Assembly (NCBI GenBank): GCA_001314715.1
Contig: LJSV01000012.1
Location: 1,760-65,759, forward strand
Direction: 5' to 3'
Source: Rhodobacteraceae bacterium HLUCCA12
Lineage (GTDB): Bacteria; Pseudomonadota; Alphaproteobacteria; Rhodobacterales; Rhodobacteraceae
Length of the DNA stretch: 64,000 nt
Position numbers and translations under genes: made by a program
Shown: piece by piece, positions 52,221 to 60,526 of the stretch
Position numbering within the stretch: the first letter of the stretch is position 1
How the letters are laid out: every line of letters begins with the position of its first letter
Notes under the pieces: generated by a model
Told to the model about the DNA's origin: nothing
The model's database searches: none
The model's input: only the letters and a program-made list of their open reading frames with translations

Positions 52221-52283
52221 AGGGGGCGTTGCCCCCTCTGGCCTGCGGCCATTCACCCCCAGCGTATTTATCGGCAAGATGAA
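52221..52283 (+). repeat. REP-like intergenic repeat, copy 4
   Basis: AGGGGGC-GTT-GCCCCCT C TGGCC-TGC-GGCCA TTCACCCCCAGCGTATTTATCGGCAAGATGAA. Confidence 0.85.
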
Positions 52284-52310
52284 ACCACGCGCCTGCAGTG
52301 TGGGGACGGC

Positions 52311-53273
52311 TCAGCGCGGTGCGGCTGCGCGGCGCAGACGGTCGTTGATGGCGCGGCCAAGGCCGATGTCGGGGATCGGCGCCACGGCGATGCGCCCGCC
52401 GTCGCCAGCCAGAGCGTCGGCGCGGTGCAGAAGATGAAAGAGCCGCGCCGCGGCCTCGGTCAGATCGGCGGTTTCCGACAAGGTCAGGTTGTTGGTACCG
52501 GGGCAGGCGGCGCCGAACCCGATCCAGATTTCGTCCGGATCGGGTTTGCGCACCTCAAGCCGAACGGCGCCGCGCGGCGCATAATGCGACGGCAATTGGC
52601 CCGGCGCCGCGATCCTGTCGGCGGGGGCGGGGTCGGTGACGAGGCTTTCGCCAGTCACGGCTTCGATCGCCTCACGCGGCAGACCGCCTTCGCGCAGCAG
52701 CCGTGGCACGGTGCCCGTGGCATCCAGGATCGTCGACTCCAGGCCGACCGGGCAATCGCCACCATCCACGATGGCGTCGATGCGTCCATCGAGCCCGGCC
52801 AGAACATGCGCGACCGTGACCGGGCTGATCCTGCCCGAAGGGTTGGCCGAGGGCGCGGCGACCGGCCCGCCGAACCGTGTCAGAAGCGCGCGCGCCACCG
52901 GGTGCGCCGGCAGGCGAATGGCGACGGTGTCCAGCCCGGCCGTAACCAGCGGCGACAGCCCGGCACCCGCAGCCAGCGGCAGGACCAGCGTCAGCGGTCC
53001 GGGCCAGAATGCCCGGGCGAGCCGTTCGGCCAGCGGCGTCAGATGCGCAATGGCACGCACCTGCCCGAGGCTGGCCAGATGCACGATCAGCGGGTTGAAC
53101 CGCGGCCGGTTCTTGGCCGCGAAGATCCGGGCGACGGCCATGTCGCTGCGGGCATCGCCGGCCAGCCCATAGACCGTTTCCGTCGGCATCGCGACCAGCG
53201 CGCCTTGGCGCAACAGGTCTGCGGCCTGCGACAGGCCGGCATGGGTTGCTGACAAAACGAGGGTTCGGGTCAT
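52311..53273 (-). CDS. sua5: Threonylcarbamoyl-AMP synthase, Sua5 type
   Basis: PTETVYGL, KNRPRFNPLIVH, WPGPLT, APSAN, APGQL.SHYAP, INDRL.RAA. Confidence 0.93.
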   Translation of the reverse strand: MTRTLVLSATHAGLSQAADLLRQGALVAMPTETVYGLAGDARSDMAVARIFAAKNRPRFNPLIVHLASLGQVRAIAHLTPLAERLARAFWPGPLTLVLPLAAGAGLSPLVTAGLDTVAIRLPAHPVARALLTRFGGPVAAPSANPSGRISPVTVAHVLAGLDGRIDAIVDGGDCPVGLESTILDATGTVPRLLREGGLPREAIEAVTGESLVTDPAPADRIAAPGQLPSHYAPRGAVRLEVRKPDPDEIWIGFGAACPGTNNLTLSETADLTEAAARLFHLLHRADALAGDGGRIAVAPIPDIGLGRAINDRLRRAAAPR

Positions 53274-53433
53274 TGTCGGCTCAGGGTTGCAGGCGGGATC
53301 GGTGACGTGGCGTTCGGGTTTTTTGATGCGCGCTGTGGCGCTATCTTCGGCGCATACCGCCCCGCGGCGCCCTTGCCAAGCACCGGCGGTTCGGTGCAGT
53401 GAAGGGCAGAACCGCCCGAACGGAGAAACCAGC

Positions 53434-55143
53434 ATGTCCTTCAAGGCCCCCGTCAGCGATTTCCGGTTCCTGTTCGACCATGTCGTGGATTACCGGCAGC
53501 TTGCCGAGACCGCGCGGTTTGCAGAGGCCGGGGCGGATGTCACCGATCAGATCCTGACCGAGGCGGGCCGGCTATGCAGCGATGTCCTTGCGCCGCTTAA
53601 CCGGGCCGGCGATCTGACGCCCGCGAAGCTGGAAAATGGCGTCGTGCGGACCTCGCCGGGTTTTGCCGAGGGCTATCGCGCGATCGCCGATGGGGGGTGG
53701 ATCGGCCTTTCCGCGGCACCCGAATACGGTGGGATGGGCTTGCCCATCGCGCTGAACACCGCGGTCAACGACATGATGAGCGGCGCGTGCCTGTCGCTTC
53801 AGCTGTGCCCGCTGCTGACGCAGGGCCAGATCGAGGCGCTTGAACATCATGCCGACGAGACGCTCAAGGCGCTCTATCTGCCCAGGCTGACATCGGGCGA
53901 ATGGACTGGCACGATGAACCTGACCGAGCCGCAGGCGGGCTCGGATGTCGGGGCCCTGCGCACCCGTGCCGAGCCACTTGGCGATGGCACATATGCGATC
54001 ACCGGGCAAAAGACCTATATCACCTGGGGCGATCATGATGTGGCCGAGAACGTTTGCCACCTGGTCCTGGCACGGTTGCCGGATGCGGCGCCCGGCACGC
54101 GGGGGATCAGCCTGTTTCTGGTCCCAAAACTGATCCCCGATGCCGACGGGCGCCCCGGCGAACGCAACAGCCTGCGCGTGGTCTCGCTGGAGCACAAGCT
54201 GGGCATTCATGGCTCGCCGACCGCCGTCATGGAATATGACGGCGCCACCGGCTGGATGGTCGGCAAGCCGCACGGCGGCATGGCAGCCATGTTCACCATG
54301 ATGAACAACGCCCGCCTTGGCGTCGGCGCGCAGGGGATCGGCGTGGCCGACGCGGCCTATCAGCACGCGCTGGACTATGCGCGCGAACGCCGCCAGGGGC
54401 GCACGCCGCTTGGGGATGGGGCGATCATCGACCATGCCGATGTGCGCCGGATGCTGGCCGAAATGCGCGCTGAAATCTTTGCCGCGCGCGCCATCGCCCT
54501 GGCTTGCGGCGTGGCCATCGACATGGGCCGCGCCACGGGTGACGCGCCATGGACGGCGCGTGCCGCGCTTCTGACGCCGATCGCCAAGGCCCATGGCACC
54601 GATATCGGCTGCGAGGTTTCCAGCCGGGGCGTGCAGGTTCATGGCGGGATGGGCTATATCGAGGAGACGGGCGCCGCCCAGTATTTCCGCGATGCACGCA
54701 TCACCCCGATTTATGAGGGAACGAACGGCATCCAGGCAATGGATCTGGTCGGCCGCAAGATGATGGACGGCGGCGAAGAGGCGTTTCGCCTGCTGCAAGA
54801 GATCGAGGATGGCGCCGAAGCGGCGCGCACCACCCAGCCCAAGCTGGCCGAGGCCGTGTGGTCGGCCGCCGAGTCGTTGCGGGAAACCACCGAATGGCTG
54901 CTGTCTCAGGACATGAACGAACGCTTTGCCGGAGCCGTGCCCTATCTGCGCGCCTTTGCCCGCGTTCTGGGGGCGCATTACCACCTGCGCGCGGCAATCG
55001 CCGCGCCGGACAGCGCGCGCGCGCGCCTGGCGCGCGTCTTTGTTGACCGCATCCTGCCCGAACATGAGGGCCTGTTGGCGCAGGTGCGGGCCGGGGCTGC
55101 GGGGCTTTATGACTTGTCGCACGACGATCTGGAAATCGCGTGA
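53434..55143 (+). CDS. Acyl-CoA dehydrogenase
   Basis: MNLTEPQAGSD, GQKTYIT, QVHGGMGY, IYEGTNGIQA. Confidence 0.93.
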   Translation: MSFKAPVSDFRFLFDHVVDYRQLAETARFAEAGADVTDQILTEAGRLCSDVLAPLNRAGDLTPAKLENGVVRTSPGFAEGYRAIADGGWIGLSAAPEYGGMGLPIALNTAVNDMMSGACLSLQLCPLLTQGQIEALEHHADETLKALYLPRLTSGEWTGTMNLTEPQAGSDVGALRTRAEPLGDGTYAITGQKTYITWGDHDVAENVCHLVLARLPDAAPGTRGISLFLVPKLIPDADGRPGERNSLRVVSLEHKLGIHGSPTAVMEYDGATGWMVGKPHGGMAAMFTMMNNARLGVGAQGIGVADAAYQHALDYARERRQGRTPLGDGAIIDHADVRRMLAEMRAEIFAARAIALACGVAIDMGRATGDAPWTARAALLTPIAKAHGTDIGCEVSSRGVQVHGGMGYIEETGAAQYFRDARITPIYEGTNGIQAMDLVGRKMMDGGEEAFRLLQEIEDGAEAARTTQPKLAEAVWSAAESLRETTEWLLSQDMNERFAGAVPYLRAFARVLGAHYHLRAAIAAPDSARARLARVFVDRILPEHEGLLAQVRAGAAGLYDLSHDDLEIA

Positions 55144-56192
55144 ATACACCCTCGAAGATCGCAACGGGGCAGATACGGCATCCTTGGCCCGCCCCGCCGG
55201 AGCCCGGCACCGCGACGGAGGTCGCGCCCGGTGTTCTGTGGATGCGCCTGCCGCTGCCGATGGCGCTGGACCATGTCAATGTCTATGCACTGGATGACGG
55301 ACCGGGCTGGACGGTGATCGACACCGGATTCGACACCGCCAAGACCCGCGACATGTGGCAGGCACTTCTGGCGGGTCCCTTGGGCGGGCGCCCGGTCCTG
55401 CGGGTTCTGGGCACCCATCACCATCCCGATCATATCGGGCTGGCGGGCTGGTTCCAGTCGGATCATGGTGCCGAACTCTGGACCTCGCGCACGGCCTGGC
55501 TGTTTGCGCGGATGCTGGTCCTGGACGTGCAGGAGCGTGCCACGCCCGAATCGCTGGCGTTCTGGCGCGAGGCCGGGATGGATGCCAAACTGCTGGCCGA
55601 ACGCGCCGAGGAGAGGCCGTTCAATTTCGCCGATGTCGTCGCGCCGATGCCGCTGGGGTTTCGGCGCCTTCGCGAGGGCGGCAAGGTTCATCTGGGCGGG
55701 CGCGAATGGCTGGTCCGCATGGGGAACGGGCATGCGCCCGAGCATGTCACGCTCTGGAGCCTGGACGACAATCTGGTGATCGGCGGCGATCAGCTGCTAC
55801 CCGGCATCTCGGCCAACCTTGGTGTCTATGCCACGGAACCCATGGCCGACCCGGTGGGCGAGTGGCTGGAAAGCTGCGAGGCGCTGGCCCCGTTTGCGCG
55901 CGACGATCAGTTGATCCTGCCGGGACACAAGCTGCCTTTCACGGGCCTGCCGGTGCGGTTGCGCCAGATGGTCGAGAACCATGTCGGCGCCCTTGATCGG
56001 CTGGCGGACCATCTGCGCGAACCCCGCCGGGCAACCGAATGCTTTCCATGCCTGTTCAAGCGCGAGATCGGCCCAGGCGTTTATGGTCTGGCGCTGGTCG
56101 AAACAGTTGCGCATCTTAATCACCTGTTGTTGCGCGGGCGCGTGGTGCGCTGGCGCGATTCGGACGGGGCCTGGATCTGGCAACTGCGTTGA
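55140..56192 (+). CDS. Metallo-beta-lactamase-fold hydrolase
   Basis: THHHPDH, GHAPEH, GDQ, PGH. Confidence 0.9.
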   Translation: MNTPSKIATGQIRHPWPAPPEPGTATEVAPGVLWMRLPLPMALDHVNVYALDDGPGWTVIDTGFDTAKTRDMWQALLAGPLGGRPVLRVLGTHHHPDHIGLAGWFQSDHGAELWTSRTAWLFARMLVLDVQERATPESLAFWREAGMDAKLLAERAEERPFNFADVVAPMPLGFRRLREGGKVHLGGREWLVRMGNGHAPEHVTLWSLDDNLVIGGDQLLPGISANLGVYATEPMADPVGEWLESCEALAPFARDDQLILPGHKLPFTGLPVRLRQMVENHVGALDRLADHLREPRRATECFPCLFKREIGPGVYGLALVETVAHLNHLLLRGRVVRWRDSDGAWIWQLR

Positions 56193-56239
56193 GCACTGCT
56201 CGCCATGCTGCCTGCCCGGCCATAGCGAAGGAGGGAAGG

Positions 56240-56827
56240 GTGCGCCTGAGCCGACGTGCTTTTGTGTTGACGGGGGGAGCATCGCTTGCGGGATGCTCGA
56301 AGGCATTCATGGGATTGTCGGCCCAACCGGCAGCCCCCTATCCCGATGGCGGCGCAAGCCGCTTGCGGATCGCGCTGTTCGAAGTCGATTCGCTGGACTT
56401 CATGCTGCATTCCGGCCTGATCATCCACACGCCCGAGGATCGCGTGCTCTATGATCCGGGCGGATACTGGGCTGACCCGCGCGCTGTGCGCCGTTACGAT
56501 GTCACGCGCGGGCTCTCGCCCGAGCTGGAAGAGTCCTATCTGTCACGCCAGAGCTTGGTGAGCGGTCCGGATTTCTGGAAGCTGCATCTTTGGGAAACCG
56601 AGGTGCCCGATGCCGTGGCGCGCCAGGCTGTCGAGATCGCCGAGGCGCGCACCCCCTATGTGTTTGGCGGCTGCTCGTATGGCGTGACGTCGCTGTTGCG
56701 CCAGTTGCCGGGGTTCGAGGATATTCGCGTGACCTTTGTCCCCGCCGAGCTGGCAGCACAATTGCGCGCGCGCAACGATTTGCGCTATTCGGTTCGCGAT
56801 CTTGGCGCAGAGGCGCAAGAGGCGTGA
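56240..56827 (+). CDS. Putative Tat lipoprotein, paralog of 57085-57693
   Basis: GTG start after AGGAGG; SRRAF twin-arginine motif and LAGC lipobox. Confidence 0.7.
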   Translation: MRLSRRAFVLTGGASLAGCSKAFMGLSAQPAAPYPDGGASRLRIALFEVDSLDFMLHSGLIIHTPEDRVLYDPGGYWADPRAVRRYDVTRGLSPELEESYLSRQSLVSGPDFWKLHLWETEVPDAVARQAVEIAEARTPYVFGGCSYGVTSLLRQLPGFEDIRVTFVPAELAAQLRARNDLRYSVRDLGAEAQEA

Positions 56828-56881
56828 CAGGCCCGCGGCCTTGGGGTATGCACGCCCGAACACTGTTGAACGGAGGCAGAC

Positions 56882-57016
56882 ATGGCCAAGCACGAACATG
56901 GCTCGATGGACACCAGCGCGCAGGAAAAGACCTTTGCCGGGTTCTTGCGGCTTTCGGCCTGGACGGCCGGGATCGTCATCGCCATCCTGATTTTCCTGGC
57001 ACTGGTCAACGCCTGA
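56882..57016 (+). CDS. ctaH: aa3-type cytochrome c oxidase subunit IV
   Basis: MAKHEHGSMDTSAQEKTFAGFLRLSAWTAGIVIAILIFLALVNA*, GGAGG RBS; below the ORF-track length cutoff. Confidence 0.88.
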   Translation: MAKHEHGSMDTSAQEKTFAGFLRLSAWTAGIVIAILIFLALVNA

Positions 57017-57084
57017 TCGACGCACAACAATGCCGCGGGATCCGGGAAGCGGGCTCGCGGCACTGTCCTGTCCAGAGGGTATCC

Positions 57085-57693
57085 ATGCCGCCAATCATCA
57101 TTCGCCTGCTTGTGTTGCTGGCCCTTGTCGTGGTCACGGGATGCACGAAACCCGTGGTTTTTGCCGCCGACGAGGATGTCCTGGCGGCGCGCTATGCCCA
57201 TGAAGGCCCGGCCGAGATCCGGTTCTTCAACGTCATCAGCAATGAACGCGGACAGGGCGAACATGCGGCGCTGCTGATCAATGCCAGCGAGCGGGTTCTG
57301 TTCGACCCGGCCGGCACCTGGCAGCACCCCCAGGCACCCGAGCGCCACGACGTGCATTTCGGCATGACCGACAGCCTGGTGCATACCTATACCTATTACC
57401 ACGCGCGCCGGACGCATCATGTGCGCATCCAGACGCTGGAGGTTCCGGCCGAGGCCGCCGAGCGCATCTTGCAACTCGCCAAGGAGGCAGGTCCGGTGCC
57501 GGATGCCTATTGCGCGCGTTCCATCGCCGGGATCCTGCACCAGATTCCGGGGTTTGAGGACCTTCCCCAAACGTTTTATCCAAACCGGCTGTCCGATGCC
57601 TTTGCCGAATTGCCGGGCGTGACGGAAGAACGCATCTACAGCGATCGCGAACCGACCGAGCGCCAGACCTATACCGGGTTGCAGCCGTCCTGA
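57085..57693 (+). CDS. Putative lipoprotein, paralog of 56240-56827
   Basis: VTGC lipobox; shares RVL.DP.G.W..P.A..R.DV, EVP and L.Q.PGFED with the upstream ORF. Confidence 0.78.
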   Translation: MPPIIIRLLVLLALVVVTGCTKPVVFAADEDVLAARYAHEGPAEIRFFNVISNERGQGEHAALLINASERVLFDPAGTWQHPQAPERHDVHFGMTDSLVHTYTYYHARRTHHVRIQTLEVPAEAAERILQLAKEAGPVPDAYCARSIAGILHQIPGFEDLPQTFYPNRLSDAFAELPGVTEERIYSDREPTERQTYTGLQPS

Positions 57694-57709
57694 CGATGGA
57701 CCGCGATGT

Positions 57710-58045
57710 CTACGCGCTTCCGGTCAGGGCCATCAGCCCCGTCAACGTGGCAAAGCCCGCGACGATCGCCCAGACCACGCTCTTGGAATAGTAACCAACG
57801 GCCAGCGTCACGCCTGCGGCAATCAGCCTGAGCGGATCGGTGGTGCCGCCGGTGGCGGCCGGAAAGAACACTTGCGGTGCCACCAGACCGGGAAGGACCG
57901 CCACCGGCGTGTAACGCAGATGCCGCAGAACCCATTCGGGCAATTGCCGGCTTCCGATGAGGCCCAGAAAGGAAAAGCGCAGCGTCACCGTGCCCAGGCC
58001 CAGGCCCAGGATGATGACCCAGATTTCCAGCGTGCTGTAATTCAT
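57710..58045 (-). CDS. azlD: AzlD-family membrane protein
   Basis: Small hydrophobic ORF coupled to azlC; LRY.PVAVL. Confidence 0.85.
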   Translation of the reverse strand: MNYSTLEIWVIILGLGLGTVTLRFSFLGLIGSRQLPEWVLRHLRYTPVAVLPGLVAPQVFFPAATGGTTDPLRLIAAGVTLAVGYYSKSVVWAIVAGFATLTGLMALTGSA

Positions 58046-58779
58046 TTCCCGCCCTCGCGGCGCCGGGTTGCCATCTTTTCAAGTTGCGCGGCGGTCATCA
58101 TCGCCAGCACGGCCGCGATCAGCAGGCCAAGGTTATAGGGCAGAAATCCCAGCGCCAGCGTCCCCACCACCGAAACCAGCGCGGCGGCGACATGGGCCAG
58201 CGTGCGCAACATCGGTGTGATGATCGCGATGAAGGTGGCAGGCACGGCGAATTCGATCGGCAGTTCGGCCGGAATCTGGCTGCCGGTCAGTGCCCCGATC
58301 AGGGTTGCCACATACCACAACGGACAAACCAGCGAGACCGCGCCGAAATAGAACGCGACCTTTGCGGCCAGCGGCATTTCGGGCACCTGTTCGAAACGCG
58401 CATGCGCTGTCGCGTAGCCCTGATCGACCATCAGATAGGCCACGAGCGCACGTTGCCAGAGCGGCGCGGCGCCCAGATGCGGCGCAAGGGCCGCCGAATA
58501 CATCGCCATACGCAGATTTACGGCAAGCCCGGTTGCCAGAATTACCAGGACCGGCGCGTTCTCGCTCATCAGTTGGATGGCCGCCAGTTGCGCGGCGCCG
58601 GCGATCACGGCGACCGAAAACAGCAACGTCTCAAGGACGTTCAAGCCAGCCTCGGTCGCCACGACGCCAAAGACGATGCCGAACGGGATGATGACAAGAA
58701 CGAAGGGTGTGCCGGCGCGGAGGCCCTGAAAATAGGCCTGGCGCGGGGTCAGTTGCGAAACGGATGTCGTATCGGTCAT
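58042..58779 (-). CDS. azlC: AzlC-family branched-chain amino acid exporter
   Basis: PFG..FG, AGAAQL, VNLRM.MYSA, DQGY. Confidence 0.9.
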   Translation of the reverse strand: MTDTTSVSQLTPRQAYFQGLRAGTPFVLVIIPFGIVFGVVATEAGLNVLETLLFSVAVIAGAAQLAAIQLMSENAPVLVILATGLAVNLRMAMYSAALAPHLGAAPLWQRALVAYLMVDQGYATAHARFEQVPEMPLAAKVAFYFGAVSLVCPLWYVATLIGALTGSQIPAELPIEFAVPATFIAIITPMLRTLAHVAAALVSVVGTLALGFLPYNLGLLIAAVLAMMTAAQLEKMATRRREGGK

Positions 58780-58786
58780 GGCCGGA

Positions 58787-59815
58787 TCATCCGAAGACCC
58801 CGGTCACCCGGCCCAGAAGCATGAATGCCCGCGCGCTGCGGGTTTCGGCAAACCGTGCGATCTCGCCGTCCGTGGCGTCGTGTTCGAACTCTGCGAACCG
58901 CCGGTCGAAGGCGCGCAGAAATCGGTGCGCGGCATCGCGAAAGGCCGGATCGGATCGCATCCGTCCGGTTGTCAGTGCCAGGCAGGAACGATCCCGTATA
59001 CCGCCGAGCCCGGCGACGGACGCACCGCGCGCGCCCTCGGCAAAGGCGCGCCAGAGATCCGGCCGGGCGCGGTCGGGTTGCAGATCGTCCATGTAGATTC
59101 CTTCTTGTGAAAGTGCGGTCAGGACACGTTGGGCCGCGCGCACCAGCTCGGCGGTGCCATGGTCGGCCAGTGCGCGGCGCAACGCGGCAAAACCCGCCTT
59201 GTCCTCGGCGCTGTCGGGAAAGTTCAGTGCCCTGATGAAGTCTTCGGTGTCGAGGGGCTCAACCGCAGGCAGCGGGTTTTCCAGCGCCAGGACAGGTTGC
59301 GCGTCGCCGGTGCCGGGCCGATGCGCCCCCCTTGGCGGCGCAGACCCGCCGGTTTCGGTCGAACGCGATGCCGGATTGCGGCGCGTGGTGAACATTGCCA
59401 GCGTGCTTTCGGTCTTGCGCTGGGCCTCGGCCAGGGCTTCGAGCTTGGCCTCGACCGTGGGTTTGAGCCCCAGTCCCGCCGCCTGTTGTTCGCGCAGCCA
59501 GCCACGGCGTATGGCTTCGACCGATTGGTGCAGCCGGGCCGATTCATCGCGCATCTGTCGTGCAGCGCGCAAGATCAGCACCGCCAGCCATATCAGCGCC
59601 ACCGGCAAAAACACCGCCAGCGCGATGACGACAAGCCCCAGGGAGTCGGCGATCTGCATGCCGCGCCGTCCCAACGCCACGAAGGCCGCGACCAGAAGGC
59701 CGAACCAGACCAGCGACAGGACAAAGGCCAGAACCTCGCCCGAGACCCGGGCCGGGCGCTGCGCCGGGGGCGCGGTCGCGGCGGCAAGGTCGGTGTCGGT
59801 GTCCTCCTCGGCCAT
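58787..59815 (-). CDS. Hypothetical membrane protein
   Basis: Two N-terminal TM segments, coiled coil, C-terminal RALNFP...RAFMLLGRV; host-like codon usage. Confidence 0.75.
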   Translation of the reverse strand: MAEEDTDTDLAAATAPPAQRPARVSGEVLAFVLSLVWFGLLVAAFVALGRRGMQIADSLGLVVIALAVFLPVALIWLAVLILRAARQMRDESARLHQSVEAIRRGWLREQQAAGLGLKPTVEAKLEALAEAQRKTESTLAMFTTRRNPASRSTETGGSAPPRGAHRPGTGDAQPVLALENPLPAVEPLDTEDFIRALNFPDSAEDKAGFAALRRALADHGTAELVRAAQRVLTALSQEGIYMDDLQPDRARPDLWRAFAEGARGASVAGLGGIRDRSCLALTTGRMRSDPAFRDAAHRFLRAFDRRFAEFEHDATDGEIARFAETRSARAFMLLGRVTGVFG

Positions 59816-59833
59816 GGCACTGGCCTCCGGTTC

Positions 59834-60304
59834 TCAGCGGTAATCGACGCGCACGACTTCATAGCTGCGCTCGCCGCCCGGCGTACGCACCTCGACGGAA
59901 TCGCCGGGCTCCTTGCCGATCAGGGCGCGGGCAAGCGGTGATTTGATGTTCAAGAGCCCGTTCTCGATATCGGCCTCGGCCTCGCCCACGATCTGATAGG
60001 TGCGCTCTTCCTCGGTATCCTCGTCGATCAGGGTCACGGTGGCGCCGAACTTGATCGCCCCGGACAGCCGCGCAGGGTCGATCACCTCGGCGCGGCTCAT
60101 GAGGCCCTCGATCTCCTTGATTCGACCTTCGATGAAGCTCTGCTTCTCGCGGGCGGCATGGTATTCGGCATTTTCCGACAGGTCACCATGCTCGCGTGCC
60201 TCGGCGATGGCGCGGATCACCGCGGGGCGCTCGACGCTCTTGAGTTGCTTCAACTCCTGCTCCAGGGCTTCGAAGCCGCGGCGGGTCATGGGGATCTTTT
60301 CCAT
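59834..60304 (-). CDS. greA: Transcription elongation factor GreA
   Basis: [26 protein letters not shown]. Confidence 0.96.
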   Translation of the reverse strand: MEKIPMTRRGFEALEQELKQLKSVERPAVIRAIAEAREHGDLSENAEYHAAREKQSFIEGRIKEIEGLMSRAEVIDPARLSGAIKFGATVTLIDEDTEEERTYQIVGEAEADIENGLLNIKSPLARALIGKEPGDSVEVRTPGGERSYEVVRVDYR

Positions 60305-60318
60305 CGGCCTTCACCATC

Positions 60319-60351
60319 AATAAAAACGCCCGCGGCCTTGGCCGGGGCATT
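60319..60351 (-). terminator. Terminator-like hairpin in the greA leader
   Basis: Minus strand AATGCCCCGGCC-AA-GGCCGCGGGCGT then TTTTATT, ending 14 nt before the greA ATG. Confidence 0.5.
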
Positions 60352-60440
60352 GATTGCAGTCAATCCATACCTGATACCACCGCCACGCCAAATGCAAGCC
60401 CTGCACGGCCTGCGGGAAACGCCTTTTCACCGCGTAGCGA

Positions 60441-60470
60441 TTGACCCTGCCGCCTTGCCTGCGCTATCGC
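60441..60470 (+). promoter_or_regulatory. Candidate promoter for ETF-QO
   Basis: TTGACC-N18-TATCGC. Confidence 0.45.
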
Positions 60471-60526
60471 TTGCGCGCAACAAAATTGCCCATCGACCCG
60501 GGACCCACGCCAGATAAGGAACAGCC

